Source: an uncultured Gammaproteobacteria bacterium (GTDB lineage Bacteria > Patescibacteriota > Microgenomatia > Levybacterales > GWA1-39-11). Taken from it: a DNA stretch of 64,000 nt. The notes beneath the pieces are model-generated. The model did not search any database, was not told the origin of the DNA, and saw only the letters and a list, made by a program, of their open reading frames with translations. The position numbers were made by a program, and so were the translations under genes. Shown piece after piece: positions 29,891 through 40,478 of the stretch. Numbering within the stretch: the stretch's first letter is position 1; the number at the start of each line of letters is the position of its first letter. Location: contig CAZHDZ010000003.1 of the NCBI GenBank assembly GCA_964531275.1, positions 33,208 through 97,207 on the forward strand, read 5' to 3'.

Positions 29891-30634
29891 ATGGATAACT
29901 CTCTTACAATAGTTGTGCTTACCCATAACGATGAACTTAAGATTGTCGACTGTCTAGAATCTTTAGTATTTGCTGACGAGCTTGTAATAGTTGATGATAA
30001 TTCCACAGACAGAACAACAGAACTATGCAAGCAATTTACTAAAAACATATTTACCCACTCTCTTAGTTCAAATTTTGCAAATCAAAGAAATTTTGCCTTG
30101 AACCGAGCTAAAAGTAAGTGGGTATTTTTTGTAGACTCTGATGAAATTGTATCTAAGGCACTTAGGGATCAGATTCTTAAAGCCATTAAGTTAAAGGATT
30201 TCGCCGGATATTATATAAAAAGAATAGATCGCATGTGGGGAAAAAATCTGACCCATGGTGAGGTAGGAAAAGTAAGATTATTAAGACTTGGAAGACGTGA
30301 GAGTGGGAAGTGGCATGGCAAGGTGCACGAAACCTGGAGAATAATCGGCAGAACAGGGGAGCTTTCAGAGCCGTTGCTGCATATACCGCACGCAACTGTC
30401 TTTGACTTTGTAGAAGATGTCGACGAATATTCCTCCTTGCGCGCAGAAGAACTCATTGAGAAGGGTGTTAAGTCATCCGCATTTGATGTTATTGCATATC
30501 CTTCAGCAAAATTTATCCAAAATTACGTTTTAAGGAAGGGTTACAAAGATGGGATTCCTGGCTTTATTTACGCAATGCTTATGAGCTTCCATTCCTTTCT
30601 AGTTAGAGGTAAAATCTACTTAAGAAAGAGGTAA
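29891..30634 (+). CDS. GT2 glycosyltransferase (KdtX/beta-1,4-glucosyltransferase-like)
   Basis: LTHNDE, VDDNSTDRT, FANQRNFAL, VDSDE, VHE, GYKDG..G. Start at ATG 29891, 6 nt after TATAAT. Confidence 0.9.
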   Translation: MDNSLTIVVLTHNDELKIVDCLESLVFADELVIVDDNSTDRTTELCKQFTKNIFTHSLSSNFANQRNFALNRAKSKWVFFVDSDEIVSKALRDQILKAIKLKDFAGYYIKRIDRMWGKNLTHGEVGKVRLLRLGRRESGKWHGKVHETWRIIGRTGELSEPLLHIPHATVFDFVEDVDEYSSLRAEELIEKGVKSSAFDVIAYPSAKFIQNYVLRKGYKDGIPGFIYAMLMSFHSFLVRGKIYLRKR

Positions 30635-30745
30635 CGTCCTGCCTCACTGTCCCCAACTCTGCATGAGATATAAATTAGTATTTGTTTGTTGGATTACGTT
30701 TGTAATTCTTTTATATTTTTATCATTTATTTTGCCGAAGGGGTAT

Positions 30746-32281
30746 ATGTTTGCAATAGCACTTCTTATAGGAGGTTACTCCTACGCAATATTATTTCTTG
30801 GACTTTTCCATTGGTTGTCTTTTATTCCCGTCTTATTAACAACTTTTATTTTTGTCGTGCTTGTTTTAAAAAATTTTAGATTACCTAGGATAGATCTTGA
30901 TAGATCAGAAATGATTATCATTTCCATAATAGTGGTTCTTGCAATAGTTAATTTAATAGGAGCGCTTGGGCCTGAGTTGGCGTTTGACGCACTTTGGTAT
31001 CATCTCCCAATTCCTCAGCTTTTTATAAATAATAACTCTGTCTATTTTATTGAAGGTAATCTTTTTTACTATTCCTTGATGCCAAAATTGGTAGAAATGT
31101 TGTATATACCAGCCCTTCTTCTTGCCAATGAAATACCTGCAAAATTGATTCATTATATATTTGGGATTTTATGCTGTGTTGCTACGTATAAGATTTCTAG
31201 ATTATACCTGGGAAGAAAAGAAAGTCTCTTGTGCGTGTTAGCTTTCTATTCCAATTTAGTTATTTCCTGGCTTTCAATTACTGCATACTCAGATCTTGCA
31301 CGAGTTTTCTTCGAAGCAACAGGCTTCTACTATTTGCTACTCTTTCTAAAAAATAGAACCCAAAAAACACTGTTGGCAAGTGGGTTAATTTTTGGATTGG
31401 CTATATGCACAAAAATACTGTCTGCAAGTTCTTTAGTAGTTGTTATCCCGATTTTCTTAAAGAATTTTTGGAAGAATAAGAGATGGGGAATCGAAAGCTA
31501 TATTGTTTTTGTTAGCGTTGCAGTTGCCTTAAGCATGCCTTGGTTAATAATAGCCTATTTCTATACGGGTAACCCATTTTACCCACTATTTACCCATTTA
31601 GGACTAAGAAACTTCTCGTTAGACCTTTTAAGCCCGTATGTATTTTTACAAACCTTTGTAAAAGCATTGTTGTTTGCTGATGATCCCATAAGTCCTCTTT
31701 ATCTCATTACTTTGCCGCTTATTTTTTACAAAAGAGTAATTCTTTACAAAAAATATGCGCCATTACTTATGTATGTAGTTTTTTCTGCTCTTGTTTGGTA
31801 TTTCTTTACACAAAGTGGCGGAGCTCGGTTTTTAAGCCTTCTATTGCCAGTTCTTACGGTACTATGCTACCTCTCGGTTAAAGAATTGGGGTGGGAATTT
31901 GCAAGGAGAGCAATCACTGCAACAATAATCATAATTTCATTTGCCACAATTTTATATAGAGGTGCTGCAAACGCTAAATATACCCCTGTAATATTGGGAC
32001 ATCAGACAAGGCAAGATTTTTTAATGGCTAACTTGAATTTTAATTTTGGGGATTTTTATGATGAAAATAGTGAAATAAGAGACATTGTTGGGAATGATTT
32101 GGTCCTTATTTCAGGAGTTCACAATTTATATTATGTAGATTTTAATTACACACTTTCAGAGTGGGATAATGCGTACAAAGCAAAGTATATATTAATTCAG
32201 GGTAATGTACCCCCTGTTTATAATCAGCTGTTAAGTATTTATAAGAATGATAAGACAAATGTAACATTATACAAATTATGA
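30746..32281 (+). CDS. GT-C-like polytopic membrane protein
   Basis: PE..FDALWYHL.IP, AYSDL, YTGNPFYP, RF motif; many TMs. Confidence 0.72.
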   Translation: MFAIALLIGGYSYAILFLGLFHWLSFIPVLLTTFIFVVLVLKNFRLPRIDLDRSEMIIISIIVVLAIVNLIGALGPELAFDALWYHLPIPQLFINNNSVYFIEGNLFYYSLMPKLVEMLYIPALLLANEIPAKLIHYIFGILCCVATYKISRLYLGRKESLLCVLAFYSNLVISWLSITAYSDLARVFFEATGFYYLLLFLKNRTQKTLLASGLIFGLAICTKILSASSLVVVIPIFLKNFWKNKRWGIESYIVFVSVAVALSMPWLIIAYFYTGNPFYPLFTHLGLRNFSLDLLSPYVFLQTFVKALLFADDPISPLYLITLPLIFYKRVILYKKYAPLLMYVVFSALVWYFFTQSGGARFLSLLLPVLTVLCYLSVKELGWEFARRAITATIIIISFATILYRGAANAKYTPVILGHQTRQDFLMANLNFNFGDFYDENSEIRDIVGNDLVLISGVHNLYYVDFNYTLSEWDNAYKAKYILIQGNVPPVYNQLLSIYKNDKTNVTLYKL

Positions 32282-33471
32282 AACAAATAATAGTTTTTCT
32301 TACATATGTATATATATTTCTTTTGCCATTTGGTAATTTATTTAGAATAAAAGTAACCAATGGGGTTCAGATTGTTCCACAAGATATTATCGTAGGCCTA
32401 ATTGCCTTACTCATAAGTTCCTTTCTTCTTGTAACTAAAAAAGAGTTATTTACCCACAGATTTATTAAATATCAGCTCTTATTTTTGGGAGTCGGGACCG
32501 TCAGTCTGTTTTTGAACTTTATATTACATAGAGATGTCTCCCTAATTGTTTCTTTGCTTTACTCCGTACGCTATTTTTCGTACTTAATGCTTTTTTTTGT
32601 AGGAGTATATTTTCTCAAAGCAGATCTTTTATCAAAGTTATTGTATGGGGCATTGATAGTTTTTCTTATATTAGGCTTTGTGCAATATTTTTTCTTTTAC
32701 GATTTAAGGCCACTTTTCTATCTTGGTTGGGATAATCATCTCTATAGATTAACTTCGACCCTATATGATCCAAATTTCACTGGAATTTTTCTAAGTATAT
32801 TATTTTGGTTAAGCATTTTTTTCTCCACAACATTGTCTTACAGAAAAGCATTGCCTCATATTTTTATTGGGTTTGCTTCAGTTGTTGGAATATATCTTAC
32901 TTTCTCAAGAACCTCGCTTGTGGGATTGGTTGTAGGAATATTAGTATATGGTCTTTTAAAAAAACAATATAAAACGCTTACGGTAACTATAGCTGTACTT
33001 TCCGTATTAGTTCTATTCCTTTCAGACACACACATAGAAGGCCTCAATCCATTTAGGGTAGCATCTACTAACCAGCGCTTAACAAGCATTTCTCAAACAA
33101 TCACTATTATTGAAAAAAACCCAATACTTGGAGTAGGCTTTAATGCATATAGGTATGCTCAGTTGAGGTATGGGTTGAGGGAGCCTGTTGGTGCATCGGT
33201 TAGTAACTCTGATGCGGGTGCCGATAATAGTCTGCTTTTTGCAGTAGCTACCACTGGTTTTATTGGAATTGTAATATATCTGTTGTCATTTATTTCGCTT
33301 TTTAAGGATTATTTTTCGAACAAGAGTACTTTTTCATATATTCTCATTGCTATCCTTTCAGGTTTAATTATGGGAAGTTTTTTTACGAATATACTGTTCT
33401 TTACTCCCATAATTGGAGTGCTTTTTATGCTTATTCCCTTGAAGTTAGGTAAAATTAAGGTTGATAAGTAA
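32278..33471 (+). CDS. O-antigen ligase/polymerase (Wzy_C) family
   Basis: R..ST..DPN..G, LTFSRT, R...., P.LGVGFNAY, DNS......TGFIG. Confidence 0.85.
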   Translation: MKQIIVFLTYVYIFLLPFGNLFRIKVTNGVQIVPQDIIVGLIALLISSFLLVTKKELFTHRFIKYQLLFLGVGTVSLFLNFILHRDVSLIVSLLYSVRYFSYLMLFFVGVYFLKADLLSKLLYGALIVFLILGFVQYFFFYDLRPLFYLGWDNHLYRLTSTLYDPNFTGIFLSILFWLSIFFSTTLSYRKALPHIFIGFASVVGIYLTFSRTSLVGLVVGILVYGLLKKQYKTLTVTIAVLSVLVLFLSDTHIEGLNPFRVASTNQRLTSISQTITIIEKNPILGVGFNAYRYAQLRYGLREPVGASVSNSDAGADNSLLFAVATTGFIGIVIYLLSFISLFKDYFSNKSTFSYILIAILSGLIMGSFFTNILFFTPIIGVLFMLIPLKLGKIKVDK

Positions 33472-34180
33472 CTTTGATGTTTTTTTGAGTAGAAATGCCT
33501 GCAGGATTTCTTGCCTCAATAACTATTTGATTTTCACCATCATTAAGTTGGAGTTGATACTCAAATTCTCCGGTTGAATCTACTATCGCACGAAAGGAAT
33601 TTACCGTAACCGTATTGTCTGCATCAGTATTGCCTTTAATTTGAATGCTTTTATCTGCCTTAGTAAATGTTGCATTGTCGATAGGATTTAAAATTTCCAA
33701 CTTAGGTTTTTCGGTGATATAGCTTACAGTAAAATCGGGCGTGAATGGACTTGTTTTGTCATTTAGGACATACCGAGCCTTCACAGAATTAGAACCCTTT
33801 TTAATGGCCAAATTCTGGACATTAAAGTCAGATTTGTTATTGAGTTCTATTTCGTCTTCCAAGTCGTCGTTTACATATATTTCAATGATTCCCTTAGAGT
33901 CTGGTGCAGTGCCGCTAAATGATATATTGGCGCTTTGTGTTGCTTCAGGAATACCTGAAAGCGATGGGGGCTGAAGAAGCTCTTTGCCGGTAATAGGGGT
34001 GTCGTTAGAATCACCACCTCGGAGTGTATACACCGCATTTCCGAAGAGGTTGATCAAGAGAGGTCCAAACTGAATCAGTATAACAATTAATGCAACTGAA
34101 GCTATCCCAAATACCAATGCTTGGCGTTTGTTCTGCTTTTCGCTGGTCCGTGAGAGTCGTGAGGATCTTTTTGGTCGCAT
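33455..34180 (-). CDS. Membrane-anchored protein with two Ig-like beta-sandwich domains
   Basis: Basic N-terminus and TM, then SGT...IEIYVN and I.G.TD..TVTVN..G.F...L.DGEN.I...A...AG repeats. Confidence 0.7.
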   Translation of the reverse strand: MRPKRSSRLSRTSEKQNKRQALVFGIASVALIVILIQFGPLLINLFGNAVYTLRGGDSNDTPITGKELLQPPSLSGIPEATQSANISFSGTAPDSKGIIEIYVNDDLEDEIELNNKSDFNVQNLAIKKGSNSVKARYVLNDKTSPFTPDFTVSYITEKPKLEILNPIDNATFTKADKSIQIKGNTDADNTVTVNSFRAIVDSTGEFEYQLQLNDGENQIVIEARNPAGISTQKNIKVTYQP

Positions 34181-34181
34181 A

Positions 34182-34586
34182 TTATGCGTGATGCTTTATT
34201 TTATCAGCGACTTTAAGTTCGAGCAAGGATTTTTGAAGTTCTTTTTCAGCCATTATGAGATCTGCTGTGCTTTGTTTGTTCTGAATGAAATCTTCTGCTC
34301 TTTTTTTAGCCTCAAGGGCTTTGGCGGTTTGTATATCCTCAGCCTTGATTGCGAAGTCAGAAAGAACAGTTACTTTCTCGCCAACTTCAAGAAATCCACC
34401 AACGAGAGCAATCATCTGTTTTTTGCCATTCTTGCTGATTGTCATAATTCCTTCTGCTAATTTAGAAAAGAGGGGAGTGTGATGGGGAAGTATTGAGATA
34501 TCGCCTTTTTCTGTGGGAAGTGTAACCTCATCAACTGAGTCGTTATAGATTTGCCCTAAAGGCGAGAGAATAACCAGTTGAAACAT
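34182..34586 (-). CDS. atpC: F1 epsilon subunit
   Basis: LPT..G.I.ILPHH.P, GGFLEV; position in operon. Confidence 0.93.
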   Translation of the reverse strand: MFQLVILSPLGQIYNDSVDEVTLPTEKGDISILPHHTPLFSKLAEGIMTISKNGKKQMIALVGGFLEVGEKVTVLSDFAIKAEDIQTAKALEAKKRAEDFIQNKQSTADLIMAEKELQKSLLELKVADKIKHHA

Positions 34587-34591
34587 AAGAA

Positions 34592-35983
<1,392 letters not shown>

Positions 35984-36835
35984 TTAGATTTGTGCGCTGT
36001 TAGCAAGATCGAGAATCTCATTTGTGATTCTTTCTTGACGAGACTTATTATAAACAAGGTTCAAGTATTCGGCAATATCAAAAGCGTTATTCTTGGCATT
36101 TTGCATCGCAACCATTTGAGCGGCTTGCTCTGACGTAAATGCTTGAATGAGTGAATTATAGAGTTGTATCTCCAAGTAATATGGAAGTAATTCTGTAAGC
36201 ATTTCTTCCTTTCCAGGTTCAAATATAGAAGATTCATTTGGATCTAGAGAAATTTCTGTATTAAAAGTAAGTGGAAGCAGGTGTTTTATGGTTGGTGTCT
36301 GAAGGAAAAATGAAACAAAATCTGCATATAGGACCTCAACTACATTTACACTATTCTCATTCATTTGCTCATCAATTATCGTCTTTAATTGATACACAAG
36401 CGAGTAATCAGGCAAGGAACTGCCCATAGGATATGAAGCAAGCAATTCAAAGCTTAATTTAGAAGCAAACATCCCGGCTTTTTTACCAACAGTTACAACC
36501 TTTACTTTTGAGCTGTCACATTCAATCATTTTCTTATAGAGATTGGTATTTAAAGACCCACAAAGACCTCTATCTGGGCTAATTATGATAAGGAGCTTGT
36601 TCTCATTCTTCTCATTGCTTCCTAAATATTTATGAGAGAAAGTTTTTTTATTTACAGACACCGCAATTTTCGAGGTTGTTTCAGTAATACTATCTGCGTA
36701 AGGTTTGTTGTTAGCGGAAGCAATTTGGGCCTTCTTAATCTTAGAAGCCGCAATCATTTCTAACGCTTTTGCAATTTGGGCAATATTTTTAGAAGTTTTG
36801 ATTCTTCTTTTCAGAAGTTGGAGATTTTGGGCCAT
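35984..36835 (-). CDS. atpG: F1 gamma subunit
   Basis: DRGLCGSLN, AMQNA..NA, YNKSRQERITNEI. Confidence 0.97.
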   Translation of the reverse strand: MAQNLQLLKRRIKTSKNIAQIAKALEMIAASKIKKAQIASANNKPYADSITETTSKIAVSVNKKTFSHKYLGSNEKNENKLLIIISPDRGLCGSLNTNLYKKMIECDSSKVKVVTVGKKAGMFASKLSFELLASYPMGSSLPDYSLVYQLKTIIDEQMNENSVNVVEVLYADFVSFFLQTPTIKHLLPLTFNTEISLDPNESSIFEPGKEEMLTELLPYYLEIQLYNSLIQAFTSEQAAQMVAMQNAKNNAFDIAEYLNLVYNKSRQERITNEILDLANSAQI

Positions 36836-36838
36836 GAC

Positions 36839-38353
36839 TTACTTGAATGTTTTTTTAAAGCTTTCGATAACTGATTTTAGCTCTGCAATAGTTTTTTCAT
36901 CCATTTTGTCTCCTTTTTCTAGTTTTTGAATGAGTTTCTTGTTCTTAACTTTAATGAAATCGAATACTTTTTCTTCAAATGTGCGAATTTTATCAAGAGG
37001 GAAATCGTCTAAGAGCCCTGTTGCTGCAGAGTAAATGCTTACAACCTGCTGATATTCTGACATTGGAGTATATTGTGGTTGTTTTAGGATCTCATTAACC
37101 CTTTTGCCCCTTTCAATTTTTTGAAGAGTTGCATCGTCAAGGTCTGATCCAAATTGAGCAAATGCAGCTAGTTCTCTAAATTGTGCACTTTCAAGCCTAA
37201 GAGGACCGGCGATCTGTTTCATGATTTTTGTTTGTGCAGCACCGCCAACCCTCGATACTGACTGTCCGGTGTTAATAGCTGGTCTTACTCCAGAATTGAA
37301 GAGATCATTCTCAAGGTAAATCTGTCCGTCGGTTATGGAGATAACATTGGTTGGAATGTATGCTGAGTTATCAGCAGCCTGAGTTTCAATGATGGGAAGT
37401 GCAGTAAGTGACCCCCCACCAAGGGTATCTGCCATTCTCGATGATCTTTCAAGAATTCTGGAATGGAGATAGAAGATGTCTCCAGGATAGGCTTCGCGTC
37501 CAGCTGGTCTCTTAAGAAGAAGGGATAATTGTCTGTATGCCCAAGCGTGTTTTGAGAAATCGTCGAATACAACGAGGACATCTTCGCCCTTGTCCATGAA
37601 ATATTCACCAATTGCTGTTGCAGCGAATGGGGCAAGGTACTGAAGAGCTGCCGAATCAGAAGCTGACGCAGCAACTACAATTGTGTAGTCCATGGCTCCT
37701 TCTTCAGTGAGTTTTCCGATAATCCTTGCGATATTACTTCTTTTTTGTCCGATTGCGCAATATATACAAATAACTCTTTTAAGTCCTAAATCATTTTTCT
37801 TTTGATTGATGATAGTATCAATGGCGATTGCTGTTTTCCCAGTGTTTCTATCTCCAATAATAAGTTCTCTTTGGCCACGTCCAATTGGGGTCATTGCATC
37901 AATAGCCTTAATTCCGGTTTTAAGAGGGGTATCTACTGGTTGTCTATCTACTACGCCGGGTGCAATTTTTTCAAGTGGGTATAGTGGTCCTTTTGTTGAT
38001 AGTTTTTTCTCATCAAGGGGATTTTGAAGGGGGTCCATGACGCGTCCGATCATTTCTTCATTCCCATTGATTCCAAGAATTCTTCCTGTCGTTTTAATTT
38101 TATCTCCTTCTTTTATGTTCTCGCCTTCTGAGAGAAGGATAATCGAGGTATAGTCTTCATTAAGATTGAACGAAAGACCTCGAGCCCCATTCTCAAATTC
38201 GACTTCTTCTCCAAAGCCGACTTTTGAAAGACCTGTTGCTTGTACAATCCCGTCACCAACGCTATCAACGATTCCAACATTCTCCATTTTAGGATCAAAA
38301 TGGACTGTTGAAAGTCTTTTTTCAATTTGTTTTATTAAATCGTCATTTTTCAT
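36839..38353 (-). CDS. atpA: F1 alpha subunit
   Basis: PIGRGQRELIIGDRNTGKT, GREAYPGD, VSRVGGAAQ. Confidence 0.99.
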   Translation of the reverse strand: MKNDDLIKQIEKRLSTVHFDPKMENVGIVDSVGDGIVQATGLSKVGFGEEVEFENGARGLSFNLNEDYTSIILLSEGENIKEGDKIKTTGRILGINGNEEMIGRVMDPLQNPLDEKKLSTKGPLYPLEKIAPGVVDRQPVDTPLKTGIKAIDAMTPIGRGQRELIIGDRNTGKTAIAIDTIINQKKNDLGLKRVICIYCAIGQKRSNIARIIGKLTEEGAMDYTIVVAASASDSAALQYLAPFAATAIGEYFMDKGEDVLVVFDDFSKHAWAYRQLSLLLKRPAGREAYPGDIFYLHSRILERSSRMADTLGGGSLTALPIIETQAADNSAYIPTNVISITDGQIYLENDLFNSGVRPAINTGQSVSRVGGAAQTKIMKQIAGPLRLESAQFRELAAFAQFGSDLDDATLQKIERGKRVNEILKQPQYTPMSEYQQVVSIYSAATGLLDDFPLDKIRTFEEKVFDFIKVKNKKLIQKLEKGDKMDEKTIAELKSVIESFKKTFK

Positions 38354-38363
38354 ATAATTTTCC

Positions 38364-38714
38364 TCAATTTTTCAACTTTTCTATTGTGTCATTTATATAT
38401 TTTTTAAACGTAAAGTCAACTACCATGTCGTCATTTACTATCTTTAGTCCCGCACCAAGACTTTCGTCATGAAGCTCAACTATTTCTTTATCATTATATA
38501 TCCCTTTTAGCATTTTTAGTGCCTCAGTGGACAGTTTGTCAGAAGAGCTTACGTAAATTCTCTTCTTATTCAAAGCATTTTTATAGAAAGCCAAGAATGT
38601 TTTCAGTTCCTGCTTTCCTAAATATTCTAATACAAATTGTTCTATATCTGCTGGGATAGTTTTACTATCAGCAGCTATATGGGCAAGTTTTCTAATTTTT
38701 TGTTTGTTTATCAT
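38364..38714 (-). CDS. atpH: F1 delta subunit (short)
   Basis: Lies between atpF and atpA; C-terminal D.SLGAGLKI...D.VVD motif. Confidence 0.75.
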   Translation of the reverse strand: MINKQKIRKLAHIAADSKTIPADIEQFVLEYLGKQELKTFLAFYKNALNKKRIYVSSSDKLSTEALKMLKGIYNDKEIVELHDESLGAGLKIVNDDMVVDFTFKKYINDTIEKLKN

Positions 38715-39207
38715 GGTTAATTTTAGACAAACCCTTTTTAAGCAGAGCGTCCCGGTCTTTCTTGTCGAAAAGATCTACAAGAACTGACTCTAGAATTTGT
38801 CTTGAGATTTCTAGGGAAACGTCTCTTGCTTCCTTTTTAAAATTCTCTCGTTCTAGAGCAATTTGTTCCTTAGTAGATTCCATCATTTTATCAAGATCAG
38901 ATTTTGTCTGAGCCATCATGCTGTCGCGAGACTCTTGTGCCTCTTTACGTGCTTCAGCTATGATGTTCTCAGCTTCTTTTCCAGCCTTATTTAGAATCTC
39001 TTCTTTTGATTCTTCAGCCTTTTCTAAGGCCATAGTTGCTGCTTCGGCATCCTTTAGGCCTTTCTTGATTGCTGCTTTTCTTTTTTGGAGCGTATCTAGA
39101 ATCGGTTTGTATAAAAACTTCTTAAAGATAAAAGCGATTACCAAAAAATTAACTATTTGTGCAGCAAATAGCTTTAAATCAAATCCAAATTGCTCAAATA
39201 TTTCCAT
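38692..39207 (-). CDS. atpF: Fo b subunit
   Basis: QIVNFL...KKFLYKPI...L.KR followed by a coiled coil. Confidence 0.95.
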   Translation of the reverse strand: MEIFEQFGFDLKLFAAQIVNFLVIAFIFKKFLYKPILDTLQKRKAAIKKGLKDAEAATMALEKAEESKEEILNKAGKEAENIIAEARKEAQESRDSMMAQTKSDLDKMMESTKEQIALERENFKKEARDVSLEISRQILESVLVDLFDKKDRDALLKKGLSKINHDKQTKN

Positions 39208-39245
39208 ACTTTAATAGAAGTATATTTCTACTGTTGCAGAAATAA

Positions 39246-39452
39246 CTATTTAATAAAGGCCAAAATCAGTGAATAAATAGCGATAGCCTCAGCAAACGCC
39301 ATTCCCAAAAGCATGGCAGGAAGGATTTTAGTAGAAGCTTCGGGATTTCTTCCGATAGCTTCCATAGCTTTGTAACCAATGATTGCAATTGCAAGAGCTG
39401 GAAGTACACCTCCAAGCGCAATTGTTGCACCACCTGTTAATGCAAACTCCAT
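39246..39452 (-). CDS. atpE: Fo c subunit
   Basis: IGRNPEA loop, FAEAIAIY (ion-binding Glu). Start taken at ATG 39452, just after the atpB stop. Confidence 0.95.
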   Translation of the reverse strand: MEFALTGGATIALGGVLPALAIAIIGYKAMEAIGRNPEASTKILPAMLLGMAFAEAIAIYSLILAFIK

Positions 39453-39453
39453 A

Positions 39454-40413
39454 TTAATGACCACCTCCTTCCGAAGATGTTGTCGCGAGTAATGACATAA
39501 ATACCATAGTTAGCATAGCAAATACTAGTGCTTGCACTAGTGCCACAATCACTTCAAGCAGTAAAAATGGGATTGGTGCTAGAAATGCTGAGTAGGCAGC
39601 AAGACCAGCTACTGTAACAAGAACTACCTCTCCTGCAAATATATTACCAAAAAGCCTAAATGAAAGTGAAAATATTTTAACACCTTCAAGGAGGAATTCA
39701 AGTAGTCCAATTGCGAGATTGATAGGATTTTTAGAAAGGAACTTTTTTGCGTAACCCACTAAGCCATTGTAGCGGAAAGCAATAATATGTGTCATAACAA
39801 CTGATATTGTGGCAAGTGCAAGTGTTAAATTGAAGTCACTAGTTGCTCCTCTTAAGATTGGAAGTAGATGTTTTGAGCTTTCTGTTGTTGCGTGTGCTGG
39901 CTCCTCATGCGCAGTATCACTTGCAGAAGTTGTTGTCGCATGATTATTAGATGATGTTGCTTCATGAGGTGCCGTTTCATGAAGATCTATCTCATGGGCT
40001 GTACTTGGTGTTTCATTACCGTTTTCAGTTGCTGCCGGTGCTGTTGTTGTCGCTTTCTCGGTAGAATGTTGTGCAGTACTCTCATGCGCAGGACCTTTTT
40101 CCCAAATGCCAATTGTTCCAAATCCCGGGAGTAGGGCGATAAAGTTTGCAATGAGAATGAAAAAGAAAAAAGATGCAAACCAGGGAAATATTGTTTTGGC
40201 TTTTGTACCCGCGATTGACTCTGTTAGATCATAAAGATAGTCTATTGCGGGCTCAAAAATAGATTGAAGGCCTGTAGGGACAATTCTAATTCTTTTATAA
40301 ACCACAAATACTAATGCCACTATAACAACATCCACAAGAAGGGTTGCGATTAAAGTATTCGTGACGGGAAATCCGCCAATTTCAGTGATAAGTTCTGGTC
40401 TTAGTGAGGCCAT
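39454..40413 (-). CDS. atpB: Fo a subunit with a His/Thr/Ala/Glu-rich insertion
   Basis: SLSFRLFGNIFAGE, VQALVFAMLT; low-complexity insert at residues ~106-182. Confidence 0.96.
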   Translation of the reverse strand: MASLRPELITEIGGFPVTNTLIATLLVDVVIVALVFVVYKRIRIVPTGLQSIFEPAIDYLYDLTESIAGTKAKTIFPWFASFFFFILIANFIALLPGFGTIGIWEKGPAHESTAQHSTEKATTTAPAATENGNETPSTAHEIDLHETAPHEATSSNNHATTTSASDTAHEEPAHATTESSKHLLPILRGATSDFNLTLALATISVVMTHIIAFRYNGLVGYAKKFLSKNPINLAIGLLEFLLEGVKIFSLSFRLFGNIFAGEVVLVTVAGLAAYSAFLAPIPFLLLEVIVALVQALVFAMLTMVFMSLLATTSSEGGGH

Positions 40414-40425
40414 TTACAGTTTTCA

Positions 40426-40454
40426 ATTTTAAGTGAGTGCAGAATTTAAGTCAA
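40426..40454 (-). promoter_or_regulatory. Sigma70-type promoter of the atp operon
   Basis: TTGACT-17 nt-TAAAAT, 12 nt upstream of the atpB ATG. Confidence 0.65.
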
Positions 40455-40478
40455 GCGTAATATACGTTGACAAGAATA

